From NCBI GenBank assembly GCA_013239625.1, contig MU053472.1, positions 3,321,822-3,385,821 of the forward strand: a stretch of 64,000 nucleotides of DNA, read 5' to 3'. Position 1 is the first letter of the stretch. The number at the start of each line of letters is the position of its first letter. Of this stretch, positions 1 to 13,400 are shown one piece after another. This DNA comes from Lama guanicoe (taxonomy: Eukaryota). A program made the translations under genes and the position numbers. The notes under the pieces are model-generated. The model saw only the letters and a list, made by a program, of their open reading frames with translations. It was not told the DNA's origin and did no database searches.

Positions 1-1916
1 TTTTGGTACCAATACCATGCTGTCTTGATGACTGTAGCTCTATAGTATTGTCTGAAGTCTGGGAGAGTTATTCCTCCAGCCTCTTTCTTTCTCTTCAGTA
101 ATGCTTTAGCAATTCTAGGTCTTTGATGGTTCCATATAAATTTTATTATGATTTGTTCTAGTTCTGTGAAATATGTCCTGGGTAATTGGATAGGGATTGC
201 ATTAAATCTGTAGATTGCCTTGGGCAGTGTGACCATTTTAACAATATTGATTCTTCCAATCCAAGAGCATGGAATATCTTTCCATTTTTTAAAGTCTTCT
301 TTAATTTCCTTCATCAATGGTTTATAGTTTTCTGTGTATAATTCTTTCACCTCCTTGGTTAGATTTATTCCCAGATATTTTATTACTTTGGGTGCTATTT
401 TAAAGGGGATTGTTTCTTTACTTTCTTTTTCTGTTGATTTATCGTTAGTGTAAAGAAATGCAACTGATTTTTGAACATTAATTTTGTAACCTGCTACCTT
501 GCTGAATTCTTCAATCAGCTCTAGTAGCTTTTGTGTGGACCTTTTAGGGTTTTCTATATATAGTAACATGTCGTCAGCATATAATGACACTTTTACCTCT
601 TCTTTTCCAATTTGGATCCCTTTTATTTCTTTCTCTTGCCTGATTGCTGTGGCTAGGACTTCCAGGACTATATTGAATAGGAGTGGTGATAGTGGGCATC
701 CTTGTCTTGTCCCAGATTTTAGTGGGAAGCTTTTGAGTTTTTCACCGTTGAGAACTATGCTGGCTATAGGTTTGTCATATATAGCTTTTATTATGTTGAG
801 ATATGTTCCCTCTATACCCACTTTGGCGAGAGTTTTTATCATAAATGGGTGTTGAATTTTATCAAATGCTTTTTCTGCATCGATTGAGATGATCATGTGG
901 TTTTTGTCCTTTCTCTTGTTGATGTGATGTATTACATTGATTGATTTGCGTATGTTGAACCAGCCTTGTGTCCCTGGGATGAACCCCACTTGGTCATGAT
1001 GTATAATCTTTTTTATGTGTTGTTGGATTCTATTTGCTAAAATTTTGGTGAGGATTTTGGCGTCTATGTTCATCAGTGATATTGGCCTATAATTCTCTTT
1101 TTTTGTAGTGTCTTTGCCTGGTTTTGGTATCAGGGTGATGGTGGCTTCATAGAATGAGTTTGGGAGTATTCCCTCCTTTTCAATCGTCTGGAAGAGTTTG
1201 AGAAGGACTGGTATGAGTTCTTCTTTGTATGTTTGGTAGAATTCCCCGGTGAAGCCATCCGGTCCTGGACTTTTATTTGTAGGGAGGTTTTTAATTGCTA
1301 TTTCTATTTCCTTTCTAGTGATCGGATTGTTCAAGTGTTCAGTTTCTTCTTGATTCAGTTTTGGTGGACAGTATGTTTCCAGAAACTTGTCCATCTCCTC
1401 TAGGTTATCCAGTTTGGTTCCATATAGTTTTTCATAATATTCTCGTATGATATTCTGTATTTCTATTTTGTTTGTTGTAATTTCTCCATTTTCCTTTCTT
1501 ATTTTGCTAATTTGTGCTCTCTCTTTTTTCTTCTTTGTGAGTTTGGCCAGAGGTTTGTCGATTTTATTTACTTTTTCAAAAAACCAGCTTTTGGTTTGGT
1601 TGATTTTTTCTATGGTCTTGTTAATCTCTATTGTATTTAATTCCTCTCTGATCTTTATTATTTCCTTCCTTCTGCTGCTTTTTGGGGCTTTTTGTTCTTC
1701 TTTTTCTAATTGATTCAGGTGGTGGGTTAACTTGTTTATTTGAGATTGTTCTTCTTTTTTGAGGAAGGCCTGTATCGCTATAAACTTCCCTCTTAGCACT
1801 GCCTTTGCTGTGTCCCATAGGTTTTGAGTGGTTGTGCTTTCATTATCATTTGTCTCAAGGTATTTTTTAATTTCAGCTTTGATTTCCTCATTGATCCATT
1901 GTTTTTTCAATAACAT
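1..1916 (-). CDS. Open L1 ORF2 frame lacking the endonuclease (RT-containing), about 638 codons to the window edge
   Basis: Read codon by codon from ATG 1916-1914 to position 1 with no stop or frameshift. A TGA at 1928-1926 precedes it. Absent from the ORF track, presumably because it runs off the window. Expression is not shown. Confidence 0.7.
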   Translation of the reverse strand, partial: MLLKKQWINEEIKAEIKKYLETNDNESTTTQNLWDTAKAVLRGKFIAIQAFLKKEEQSQINKLTHHLNQLEKEEQKAPKSSRRKEIIKIREELNTIEINKTIEKINQTKSWFFEKVNKIDKPLAKLTKKKKERAQISKIRKENGEITTNKIEIQNIIREYYEKLYGTKLDNLEEMDKFLETYCPPKLNQEETEHLNNPITRKEIEIAIKNLPTNKSPGPDGFTGEFYQTYKEELIPVLLKLFQTIEKEGILPNSFYEATITLIPKPGKDTTKKENYRPISLMNIDAKILTKILANRIQQHIKKIIHHDQVGFIPGTQGWFNIRKSINVIHHINKRKDKNHMIISIDAEKAFDKIQHPFMIKTLAKVGIEGTYLNIIKAIYDKPIASIVLNGEKLKSFPLKSGTRQGCPLSPLLFNIVLEVLATAIRQEKEIKGIQIGKEEVKVSLYADDMLLYIENPKRSTQKLLELIEEFSKVAGYKINVQKSVAFLYTNDKSTEKESKETIPFKIAPKVIKYLGINLTKEVKELYTENYKPLMKEIKEDFKKWKDIPCSWIGRINIVKMVTLPKAIYRFNAIPIQLPRTYFTELEQIIIKFIWNHQRPRIAKALLKRKKEAGGITLPDFRQYYRATVIKTAWYWYQ

Positions 1917-1987
1917 ATTGTTTAATCAACATGCTTTTCTTTTTTTCTCCTTTGTTTCTCTGTTGTTGATTTCCAGTTTCATGGCAT
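1..1987 (-). mobile_element. Young 5'-truncated LINE-1, ORF2 portion; continues off the window start
   Basis: Manual translation gives L1 ORF2 motifs [63 protein letters not shown] (570-581) and KYLGINL. The 5' junction abuts TT/AAAACAAATT on the minus strand, an L1 endonuclease-type site. Confidence 0.97.
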
Positions 1988-3889
1988 AATTTGTTTTAAT
2001 GTTATTTGTATCTGAAAAGTTTTCCTAAAAAATTATACATATGTAGGAGTATATCACAATACCCTAGGATTGATAGTTGTTTTCTGTGTTCTGAATGTGA
2101 TCTTTTTTCCCAGCAAGTGAGAACCATCCTGTACCCTCTTGGTTAGATGGCTTTTATACCTGTTAGCTCATATGCTTTCTATCTCACTGTTCTGAGTTAA
2201 ACGTGTCATCTCCATCTTCTGTTTATTTTGTGTTTTGGTGAACCCTTTTGACCCTTACTGGCTGATAAAAATATGACAATGATAGTCTGGTCTTAATACA
2301 AAAATAACAGTAACAACAAAGGAATTATATCACACTGTTTAAGGACATGGTGGAAGAAACAGTAAGAAGATCAGCGGGAAACTGGGGGTTGGTTGATGTC
2401 TGTAGACTTTATGAAGAATGTTTGGTGGGAGAACTGACCAACATTTGTACGACTGGAAGTTGCACAAAATTATAGCCAAAAGCATGTCATAACTTGACCA
2501 AATTTGAAGACTATCCTGGGGAGAATTCCTGGGAGCTCTGATTAGGTTTGTGTTTCCAGGAAGGCTTCCAAGGCATTAATTGCGTTAGTCCTGCTAACTG
2601 GGGTTTGTGTGTATTGAGTGCTAAGAGAGTGTATCATGGGGAGAAGTTTTAGCACACCTCCAAAGGTATGTGACTTCTAATCTGTTAGAAATAGTAGGGA
2701 TTAACCAGACAAGACAAAAGGGTGTAGGGATGAGGAATGTGAGTCTCAGCTGCCTAGGGATATTGTTAGGGGTGCTTGACAGTTGGGTAATTGCTATACA
2801 GTTAACAGTTGCAAGGTAAAATACATCTACTTAACTGTGAAAAAGACCGGAGCTATTTAGCTATACATACTTAACATAAAATAAAGACTAATGTGTTTTT
2901 AATTATATGCACCATATTTCCACTGGTAAACCGCTGATTAGGTACCATCACAGTGTTATGCTATAGATGTATCTTATATCTTATTTTGGTAATAACACAT
3001 TTTCATGAATTGAACTTAAGAAAATATATCTGAATATGTGGTGAAATGGCTTTTGATTTATCTTTTTGGTACATTTTAAATTTTATATATTAAGTATATA
3101 ACAGTGTTACAACACTATGTAGGATAGTATTTTTATCATAAATGTTTTACTATCTCTGACTTTTGAGGTGTTCTAATGACAGTACTACAGACTATTCACA
3201 TATTCAAAGTGTAGTTATCGGCAGAATGGACTGTCCCTTTGCCTGTCTCCTGTGGTGGTAATTCAGTTCTCTTTGGAGAAGAGTGTATAGAACTGAAGTT
3301 ACCTGAGGTATCTTGCCTTGCCAAGAAACTGTTAATGTGTTCATCCTACTTGCCCCCATGTGATTATATATTCTTATCCTATAAAATTGTATAGATTTAT
3401 TTGCTAGTAAATAGTCTCAAAGTATTTAAGATCTGTCAGCATTCCTCATAATTTGTTCTGAAGCAGGAAGTTTGGGGATTTATTGTAATGTCTTTTCCTT
3501 TTGTTGTTTCTTTTATTGTTTTAAACATGTTTATTTGTTTCATATTTCAGGTTCCTGGCCTAAGCACCAATTTCTTCCTTTTCCTATTTCCATGACTACT
3601 TTTTAAATGTCTCTTATACTTATTTTAATACTTAATCACATATTGCCTTAAAAAAACTTTTATAAAGTATTTGTTGAGTATCCGATTTAATTGCAAACTA
3701 TTGATGTCAGAGTTTGATGGTTTTATGAATTCATTTGATTTATATTATGTTTTAAAGGTTTTAAAAATATTTTTAGGGACTTAGTAAGATTTTCAAAATA
3801 CTACTGAGGGACTTTGTGTTTTAACTAAATGAAATTTTAAGCTTAAATAAGCCAAATAATTTTTTTTTTTGCCTTTTGTTTCTTTTTAG

Positions 3890-3940
3890 TGAATTGGTAC
3901 CATCTTATGATTCAGCTACATTTGTTTTAGAGAATTTCAG
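3890..3940 (+). CDS. TRIM37: TRIM37 coding exon (approx. exon 10), start of MATH/TRAF domain
   Basis: tttttag|T GAA TTG GTA CCA...TTC AG|gtaag; 51 nt; encodes (S)ELVPSYDSATFVLENF(S). Confidence 0.96.
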
Positions 3941-5044
3941 GTAAGAGTTTTTGACAACTTTGGTGTTGGGTTTTTTTCCCGTTGGTATGTGTACATAAGT
4001 AAGAGCCAGGAAGATGTCATTCCTGAATAGGACAGACCTAATGAACTGTGTCACTCAGTGTGTAGTCTTAGAAGAAACAAGTTTCCTATTGGAAACATAG
4101 AGGTTGTGTTTCTGGATTGTATTATATCTTCAGGACAGATTTCTTCTCTATTCTGGGGAGCGGAACCTTTTTTTTCTTTTAAGAAGAGAGTTCACTTAGC
4201 ATTTGCTAATAAGGTGAGGCAAATGGGATAATAGAGATTGGTGAGCCCTCCCACTCGTCTTCAGAAATAAGAGTCATGGGAAGAAGTCCATTTGCGTCCA
4301 TTTATCTTAGTGCAAAGTGAGAAATTGTGGATGAGGGGATGTTGTAAGAAATTTGTAAGTTTTGTAACTTGCACCCTAATTTTGTTAGCTTATACTGCTT
4401 TTTCTCTAAGATTAGAAGCCAAGATCTTAAAACACAAAGGTCTTAGAGGGCTTGTCTTAAAGGGCTGCATGGAAATGGGGAACCAAGAATATAAGGTCTT
4501 AACCTTGGGAAGAGAAACTCTAAGAGTCTGATAACCATCAAAATAGGCCAAACTGTGAGAATTTATACCGCTCTGTTTAACTTGTTTTTTTCTTATGGGA
4601 TAATTTTGTGGCTAAAATAAAAACTTTCTGAGGATTTCCCCATATTTTTTTTTCTGTATTACAGAAGGAGTATTCCATAGGAATGTGAGGAAGAAACACA
4701 TTTTTTTTTAATACTTCAATGGGAGAAAACTCCTTTTTGAAGTGGTAATTAAATTCAAGACAGTTACATTTTTCTTTTCCCTTAACTGACAATTTTTGAG
4801 AGTTTTTTTTAACCTGAAAACTGAAAAGATACTGCTGAATATTTATCTATATCATTAAAGTTTCTTTTATTTCAGAATTTAAGTATGTATACTCTTACAC
4901 AATGGAATTTTAACTTCTTCAGTTGCCTTCATTTACTTGTCCAGGACTCAAATAAGTAACATAAATAAAGTGGTTGGGTTTTAGTTTTGCCTGTTGTTGT
5001 TTCACAACAGTTTTGATCTTGGGATTTGGTTGGTTTTCTTTTAA

Positions 5045-5161
<117 letters not shown>

Positions 5162-6397
5162 TGAAACAAAGATCTTTCTTTCAGGGTTCTGTAGTACACT
5201 GGTTCACTATTTTAGTGGAGTAAGGGATTAAAGCAATGACAATTTTATGTTTCTTTATAGGGCTTATGGGCTAAATCTATGAAAAAAATGAGTTAAATGT
5301 AGACAGTATAAACCCAGGACATTACTGAATCTTTTACTTCTTGTTTATAGAAAGATATTTATCTTTAGAAGACATGTTTAAAATTCTTACTTTAAAAATC
5401 ATTTTTGAAATAAAAATAAAATATACAGAAGTTCATCAAAAACACATGTATGCTCATTGCATACTCATGATTCATTCCAGTATGTTTCTTTGACCTGTGT
5501 ATTTGCTGCAAATTTGCAGCTGGATCCAGTGGTATGATAAGATGCATAGTCAGTTCCACTGGCAAGAACATAAGCAGTAGAGTGTGCTTTTATCACATCA
5601 TATCTAGTTGCATCTCTCTGTGATATTGGTGCTCATTGCCTACATCTGTTAATTCACTGGGAGTTGCAAAATAGTGATTATTTCTTAGTTGTAATCCTTT
5701 TATAAAGAGATGCTTCCCTTTACCTATTATTTGGTTACCTAAAATAACAGTTTATATAGAAGAGGCAGAATTCTTTCCTGTTATTTATCAATTTCCCTTG
5801 TTTTCTGAAAGTAATTATCATTAATTATCATTAGGAATTCATGAATTTATACATATTTAATCTTGTTAAGCTGGCTTCTGTGTCACTTTGCTCTGACCTT
5901 AATAGCCTAGTAGTGACACTAGTAGTTAGCTTTCTTATTTTCTTCCATGGCAAGGTGTTCTAGCCTCATCTTGTACATTTTCTGCTCTGTAGCTGAAATT
6001 GGCCATTTTATCCAAAGAGCCCTGATTTTAGTGGGAAAATTATATTCCAAGACCAAACTGGGTGCTCATTTCGACCAGGTTGGTCACTATTTCTAGGCTT
6101 CTGTCATGAATAGAACTAGGGAGTAACATAAGTAAATGTTTATGGGGGTTTGGGGGGGGAGGGGTTAATATGTATGTATGTCTTGAAAAATTTACTTAAT
6201 GTACTTAATTTTTTAGAATAGTTTTAGGCTAATAGCAAAATTGAGTGGAAAGTACAGAAAGTTCTGTACACACCCTCTGACCCCACACATGTACAGCCTC
6301 CCCTGCTATCAACGTATCCTGCACTGGGGCTGTATATTTGTTCCACATATATATCTCATATATATGGAATCATATGTTGTCTTTTTGTGACTGGCTT

Positions 6398-6623
6398 TTT
6401 TTTTTTTCTGTTTTGCAGTTTTAAACATTTTTTTAGAGTTATAGTCATTTTACAATGTTGTGTCAAATTCCAGTATAGAGCACAGTTTTTCAGTTATACA
6501 TGAACATACACATATTCATTGTCACTTTTTTTTTTTTTTTTTTTTTTTGCTGTGAGCTACCACAATATCTTGTATATATTTCCCTGTGCTATACCGTATA
6601 ATCTTGTTTATCTATTCTACATA
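6398..6623 (-). mobile_element. Short young L1 3'-end insertion nested in an older L1 3' UTR (~6200-6793)
   Basis: Poly(T) start, then agttatagtcattttacaatgttgtgtcaaattcc. TSD ttgtgactggctt at 6385-6397 and 6624-6636. Confidence 0.8.
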
Positions 6624-6787
6624 TTGTGACTGGCTTCTTTTGCTTAGCATAATGTTAAAGTTTATCCACTTTGTAGTATAGGTCAGAATTTTTAATGCTG
6701 AATCATATTCCATTGTATATATATACCACATTTTGTATCCATTCATCTGTCGATGGACACTTGATTGCTTCTACCTCTTGGCTATAG

Positions 6788-6892
<105 letters not shown>

Positions 6893-9812
6893 TAAGATAT
6901 TCAGTGAAGTAACAAACTTTAGTGTGTGTTTACATACCTTCCTCGTAGCATTTTTTAAATTAATTCTTTCATTAATTACTATATTATGTCTGTTAAAATG
7001 TATACTAGTATGGAATCCCTGGCATAGTATGGTGGCATAGACTGGCAGTTCTCAAATCATATGACCTGGTGACTCTTTGTACTCTTAAATTTTATTGGGA
7101 ACCCAAAAGACTGTTTCCTTTGGGAGTTATATCTATTGATATTTTCTGAATTAGAAATTAAAACTGAGAAACTTTTTGAATTTTTATTAAGCACTTTAAA
7201 AATAAACCTATTATGTATTAACATAAGTAATATATTCTTGAAAAATAGCTATTTTTCTAAAGCAAAATAATATTTGGTGAGAAAGCTTGTATCATGTTGT
7301 ATTTTTAAAAATCTCTGATTGGCTTAAAGACGGCTGAATTCTCACTTTTGCTTCTCTAGTCAGTTTATTGCAGTAAATTGTTTTGGTTGAAGTATATGTA
7401 TAAAATCTGGCCTCTCAGATTTTGGATTTCATATGTAGTTGGGTTTTTTTAATGAGATATAATTCACATACCATAAAGTCCACCTTATAAATAAGTGTAC
7501 AAATCAGTAGATCTTACTATATTCACTGAGTTCCGCATCAATTACCAATATCTAATTTTAGATTTTCATCATCCCACGAAGAAATCCTATACCCTTTAGC
7601 AGTCACTTTCCCTTCCCTTCCCCACCCAGTCCTTGGCAACCATTAATCTACTTTTTGTTAGGGAGGAACACTTTAAAAAGCAGTTTTAGATAACTGTAAA
7701 TCATCTTTGATATTACACCAAAATTGTTAAATGTGATTTGCAGTATGAAACCTGGAACCATATCAGGGAATTTTATTCTACTCTGTTATATTAAAATCTG
7801 TTGTTTTAGTATGAGATATCTGCTTCTAGTTATGATGGAATAACAGGGATGACCTTTCTGCAACAGCCAAAAAGAAAAACATTTCCTAGACACTGGACAT
7901 GAGACAACAAATGAAAGCAGACCCCAAGGGACAAGAAATAGACAAGTGAGCTCTATGATTGCCTCAGCTTACAACCTTGAGAGAGTTTTCAGGCTGTAAC
8001 ACGTGGAGGCAGAACTGCAGTCGAGTCTGACTGACTCCCTGAGTTGAGGAGAGAGTGCTGCGTTGGAAGAATAACCAGAGGAGAGAGCTGCACAAAGAAC
8101 TCCAGAGATTTGTAGAGATTCCATTCAGATATTCAGCAGAGTACTGCTTAGGGCATGCATGTGAAGAAACTTACCTGAGGTTGGGGAAGGAACCATCTGA
8201 AAGGATTAGAGGATGTGGTGTCTTGTGCTCATACAGGGTCAGTAACTGTGTCTGTTCCCACCACTACAGTGGAGAAATTTGTAATCCATGGGGCACTGGA
8301 TGAAGTACTCAGGAAATTTTTACCTCAGTAGTGGGAAACTGGACACTGCTCCAGACCCATCTAACAAACAAAAGTAAGACCTGAAAAGATGAAATTGTTT
8401 CCAAGTAACCTAACTGCATCCCAGAACAGGGCTCAAGAAAATTTATAAGATCACAAAAATACCCAGCATCCCACAAAGTTAAGTTTACAATATCTGTTGT
8501 TTAATCAAAGATTAATTGGCATGCAAAGAGGCAGGAAGACATAACCACTAATGAGGAGAGTAATCAACTTAAATTGAGTAAGAACTTTTTTAACGTGGGT
8601 TATATCTACTGATATTTTCTGAATTAGAAATTAAAACAAATTTTAAAAATTCACTTAAAAATAATAAATCTATTGCATATTAACAAATAATATTGCTATG
8701 AATAGGAACTTTCTCTAAAGCAAAATGATGGGAAAACTTGTTTTGTGTTTTTTGAAATCTTTGTGCGTCTTACAGAAAGACATGTGGATTCTTATGTGAG
8801 AATTACAGAATATTTAAGATGGTTTTTTAAAACAATTTCATTTGTTTTTAAAAGTTAAATCGAAATGTGGGAGATACAAAAGGCTCGAATTGAACTTCTT
8901 GAGAATGAGCCATATTTGAGTTGAAAAATATACTAGATGGTATGAATGATAGATTATATATTGCAGAAGAAAAAAATTAATGAACTTGAAGGCGTAGCAG
9001 TAGAAGGTATCCAAACTGTGAACATAGGAGAACAAATTCCAAAGCTGTGCAACAACTTGAAGCAGCTCAACGTACAGATACCTGGAGTCCTCCAGGGGAG
9101 GGGGTGGGAAGAAAAAAGTAAAGAAATAATGGTGAAAACTTTCCAAACTTTAATGAAAACTTTAAACCCACAGATCTAGGAAGTTCATTGAACAACAGGC
9201 ACATGAAACATGAAGAAAATACCAAAGCACATCATAGTCAAATTGCTTGAAACTAATGATAAACAAAAGATCTTAAACTGGCAGTGGGAAAAAAAGCCAT
9301 TATATTTAGAGGCACAAAGATAAGGATGAATTCAGAGTTCTCACTGGAAACAATACAAGTGAAATGGTAATATAGCAACATTCTAAAAGAATTGAAGGAA
9401 AAAATTTTCAACCTAGAATTCTGTACTCAGCAAAGGTACAGTGAAATTAAGATATTTTCAGACCTGAACTATTAAGAAATGTTAAAGCAGAGGCTTCAGA
9501 TAAAAGGAAAATAATACCAGTTGGACCTCTGAATCTAAACAAAGAAATGAAGAACACCAGAAATGGAAATTGCATGGGTGAATGAAAATTTTTTTCTGTT
9601 ATTAAAGTAACTTTAAGTGATAATTGACTGTTTAAATGAAAATAATAACATTGTACTTTGGGATTTACAACATACATGGAAGCAAAATACATAACAACAG
9701 TTTTATAAAGGCCAAAAGGATAGAACATGGAAATATAATGTAAGATTGTGACACTGTATGTGAAGTGGTATACTGGCAATTAAACTAGACTATGATAAGT
9801 TAAAGATATATA

Positions 9813-10440
9813 CTGTTCTATTATTTCTCTTGCCTGCTGTCACTAATTGCCACAAATTTGGCCACTTAAAACAATAGAAAAAATTTTCCTCACAGTGCTG
9901 GAGGCCAGAAATCCAGAAACTATTCCTAGGCCCAAATCCAGGTTTTGGCAGGATATTACTAGCTCCAGAGTACTAGGGGAGAGATCCATTCCTTCGTTCT
10001 TTCAACTTTTGCTCACTGTCAGCATTCCGTGACTTGTGACTATGTCACTCCTATCTCTGTGTTTGGTCACATTGCCTTGCTTTGCTTTGCTTTATTTTCT
10101 GTCAACTCTTCCTCTGCTTTCCTCTTATAATGACACTTATGCTTACATTTAGGGTTCACATGGATTTTCCAGGATAGTCTCATCTTGGGATCCCTGGCTT
10201 AGTCACAGCTGTATACTCCCATTTTTTGCTATGAAAGATAACATTCGGAGGGAGGGTACATATAGCTCAGTGGTAGAGTGTGTGCTTAGCATGCAGGAGG
10301 TCCTGGCTTTAATCTCCAGTACCTCCATTAAAAAAAAAAATTAATAAAGAAATCTAATCCCTCCCCCAAAAGGGTAACGTTCACAGTTCTAGAGATGAAG
10401 ATGTGGATACTTGGGGGACACTACTCAGCCTCCCACTACT
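9813..10440 (-). mobile_element. MaLR (MLT1-type) solo LTR nested in the old L1
   Basis: gctgtcactaattgccacaaattt...cttaaaacaa...cacagtgctggaggccagaaatcc... ending ttgggggacactactcagcc. Confidence 0.7.
10248..10370 (+). mobile_element. tRNA-derived SINE (camelid Vic-1-like)
   Basis: tatagctcagtggtagagtgtgtgcttagcatgcaggaggtcctggctttaatctccagtacctcc followed by an A-rich tail. Confidence 0.85.
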
Positions 10441-13400
10441 ATAAACTAAAACCACTGCTAAAATGACAAAAATATATAGCTAATAAAGAAACAAAGGGGG
10501 TAAAATTGAATTATAAACAAATACTAATCTTAATGAAGACAGAACAAGGTAACAGATAACAATAGATGGGACAAATACCAAGATACAGTAACGTGAATGG
10601 TCTAAACACCCCAATTAAAAGACAGAGGTTGTCAGATTGCCAGAGAAAAGCAAAACTCAAGTATATGCTAACCAGAAGAAATGCACTTTAAATATAAAGA
10701 TATGCCATACTAGTACTAATCAAGACCAAGTCTTGATTATCAAGTGTATTTCAAAGCAAAACATATTATCAGAGATAAAGAAATTTATTTCATAGTGATA
10801 AAAGGATCAGTTAATGAATAGAACATATAACGACTCTAAACATTTCTGTTTATACCCTACTAACAGATCTTCAAAATACAGGAAACAAAAACTGATAGAA
10901 GTATAAGGAGAAATAGACAAAAACTCTTATGTCAATTTATATAACAGGTAGGCAGAAAATCATCAAGGATATAGTACACAGAACAACACTAGCAATCAAC
11001 CTGACCTGATTGACATTTATAGACTGTTTGATCCAGCAGTAGCAGAATACAAATTATTCCTAAGTGTGCACAGAATATTTACCAAGACAGACCATTCTGT
11101 GGAACATAGAACATGTCTGAATAAATTCAAAGGGATTCATATCATTCAGATTATGTGTTTTTTAGACCATAGTGGAATTAATTTAGATATTAGTAACATA
11201 TTTTGAAAATCTGATGTTTTTGAAAATTAAATAACACACTTCTTAATAAATCCTGGATCAAAGAGGAAATCATAAGAGATTTTTAAAAAGTGTTTTGAAC
11301 TGAATTAAAATGAAAGCACAACATACCAGAATTTGTAGTATGCTACTTAAGGCAGTAAGTGGGAAGAAATTGATAGCACTAAATGCCTATATATGAAAAG
11401 CAGAAAGGTCTTAAATCAGTGATCTCAATGTCTATTGTGATAAACTAGAAAAAAGAACAAGTTAAATGGAAAGTAAGCAGAAGAAAGGAAATAACAAAGA
11501 TCAAAGCAGAATACAATGGAATTTTTTAAAAAACGCAGTAGAGAAAATCATTGAAATCAAAAGGACAACAAAATTTGAAGGCTAACACTATGTGATTGTA
11601 AGATTTATAATAAAGGCACAATATGAACATAACACATCATAGTATTAGCATAAGAACACACAGTGATCAATGGAATGTGTAAGTTTCTTCCACTATCCAA
11701 AATTAGAGCGCTATCCAAAAGGAAACCTTTTGTAAACTGAAGTGATATAAAGTGAAGAAGCAATTACCTTAGAACACTTCTTGCTAACGGATGCACAAAA
11801 TATATCAAGAGAAAGCATATATACTCATAGACTCAATTCAAAGCCTTGGTGGCTTGATGCTGAGATGCTGGGTGTAGTTCCCAGGGAAGGAGCTCGGTGG
11901 TGCCACTCTTGCTGCTTGGTATGCCTCTGTAATACTTAGTACAAAACAAGCACTGAACGCTAATTTTACTTTTCAGCTTTTTTGTAAAAGCAAAATTTCT
12001 CTTCAGATTTCTTTTGGTTAACAAAAACAGATACTAATATAATATAGGTCCTTTTTAAAAAGTGAATTGTCATAAAGCGAACTTTTGAAAAGTGGCGGAA
12101 ACCTACAATTCCAGAAATAAACCCACATTCATAAACTAATTTTTGACAGATGCAGAGGCAGTGCTGTGGATAATGTATACTCTTTTCAATGAATTGTGCT
12201 TGAACATTTGGATATTCATATACCAAAAAGTTGAATTTGGCTCCATATCTCACACTATATATGTAAATTAACTGAAAATTGATCATAGACTTAGATTGAG
12301 ATCCTAAAACAATAAAACTTACTGGAGAAAGCAGGAGAAAATTAAAGGTCATACCACATGTTGGCAAGAATATAGAGAAATTTGAAGTCTCATGTGTTTC
12401 TGGTGGGAATAAAATTATAAAACCACTTTTGTAAACCATTTGGTGGTCTGTTAAAAAGTTAAACATAAACTTACCGAATGACTCAGCTAAACCACTTCTA
12501 GATATTTACCCCAGAGAAAAGGAACTATATATTTGTACAAAGACTTTTACAGAAATGTTTATAGTAGCTTTATTTGGAGTAGCCAAATAGAATCAACCCT
12601 AATTGCCACCAACGGATGAATAGCTAAGCAGATTTCAGTATGTCCATATAATGGAATTACACTCAGCAATAAAAAGTAATAAACTGTTGATACATTGCAA
12701 AGACAGGAATGACTTTTAAATTATTCTTAGTGAAAGCAACCATATAAAAAAACACATATATGATTCCACTTATATAAACCTCTAGAGAAATGCAAACTAA
12801 ATCCACAGTGACAGAATGCAGTGTGTGGTTGCTTAGATGGAATAGGCTCACCTGAAGTTGGGTGGAGGGAGGGGGTAAGAGGGAGGAATTACAAAATGCA
12901 GAGGAAATTTTGGGAGACAATGGATATGTTTAGTATCTTGATTGTGGTAATGGTGATGGTTTTATGGCCATATGCATATATATGTCAAAACTTAACCAGA
13001 TTGTACGCTTTGGATATGTGCAGCTTATTTGAGTTACATTTTATTGAAGCTATCTTACTCAAAAAAGAAAAAATAACAGTAAAATCTTCATGGGTCTGTC
13101 TTGTACTTTGCTTGGATCTTTTACTTATGCTTGATTTTGTAACAACATGCATTGATCATTTGGAAAATAATGGTTTACTAAATACACAGTTGACACATTT
13201 CACTATGTACTGCTATCAAGCAGTTACATTTCATTGATATCACCATTTTCGTAATGAACATCTTGAATTATTGAAAAGCTTTTGAGCTCATGTGCATACA
13301 AATTTTAGAGTTATGTTTTTGGTTTTTTTTCACTTGAAAGTGTGTGTTATATCATCGGCAACAAATGCTGACAGTTCTTTTCCGTAGTTGTTTTGGTCCA

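Larger units (their letters stand above)
7810..13075 (+). mobile_element. Old decayed L1 (L1M-type): 5' region, ORF1 and ORF2 remnants, 3' end
   Basis: ORF1 remnants 8950-9500, endonuclease-region remnants 10590-11560 (aacgtgaatggtctaaacacc, accaagacagaccat), 3' UTR 12350-13075. Confidence 0.8.

Noticed and set aside
499..1713. + strand ORFs 499..855 and 1447..1713 (also 40809..41417 and 42112..42492)
   Set aside because: Antisense shadows of L1 ORF2 and ORF1.
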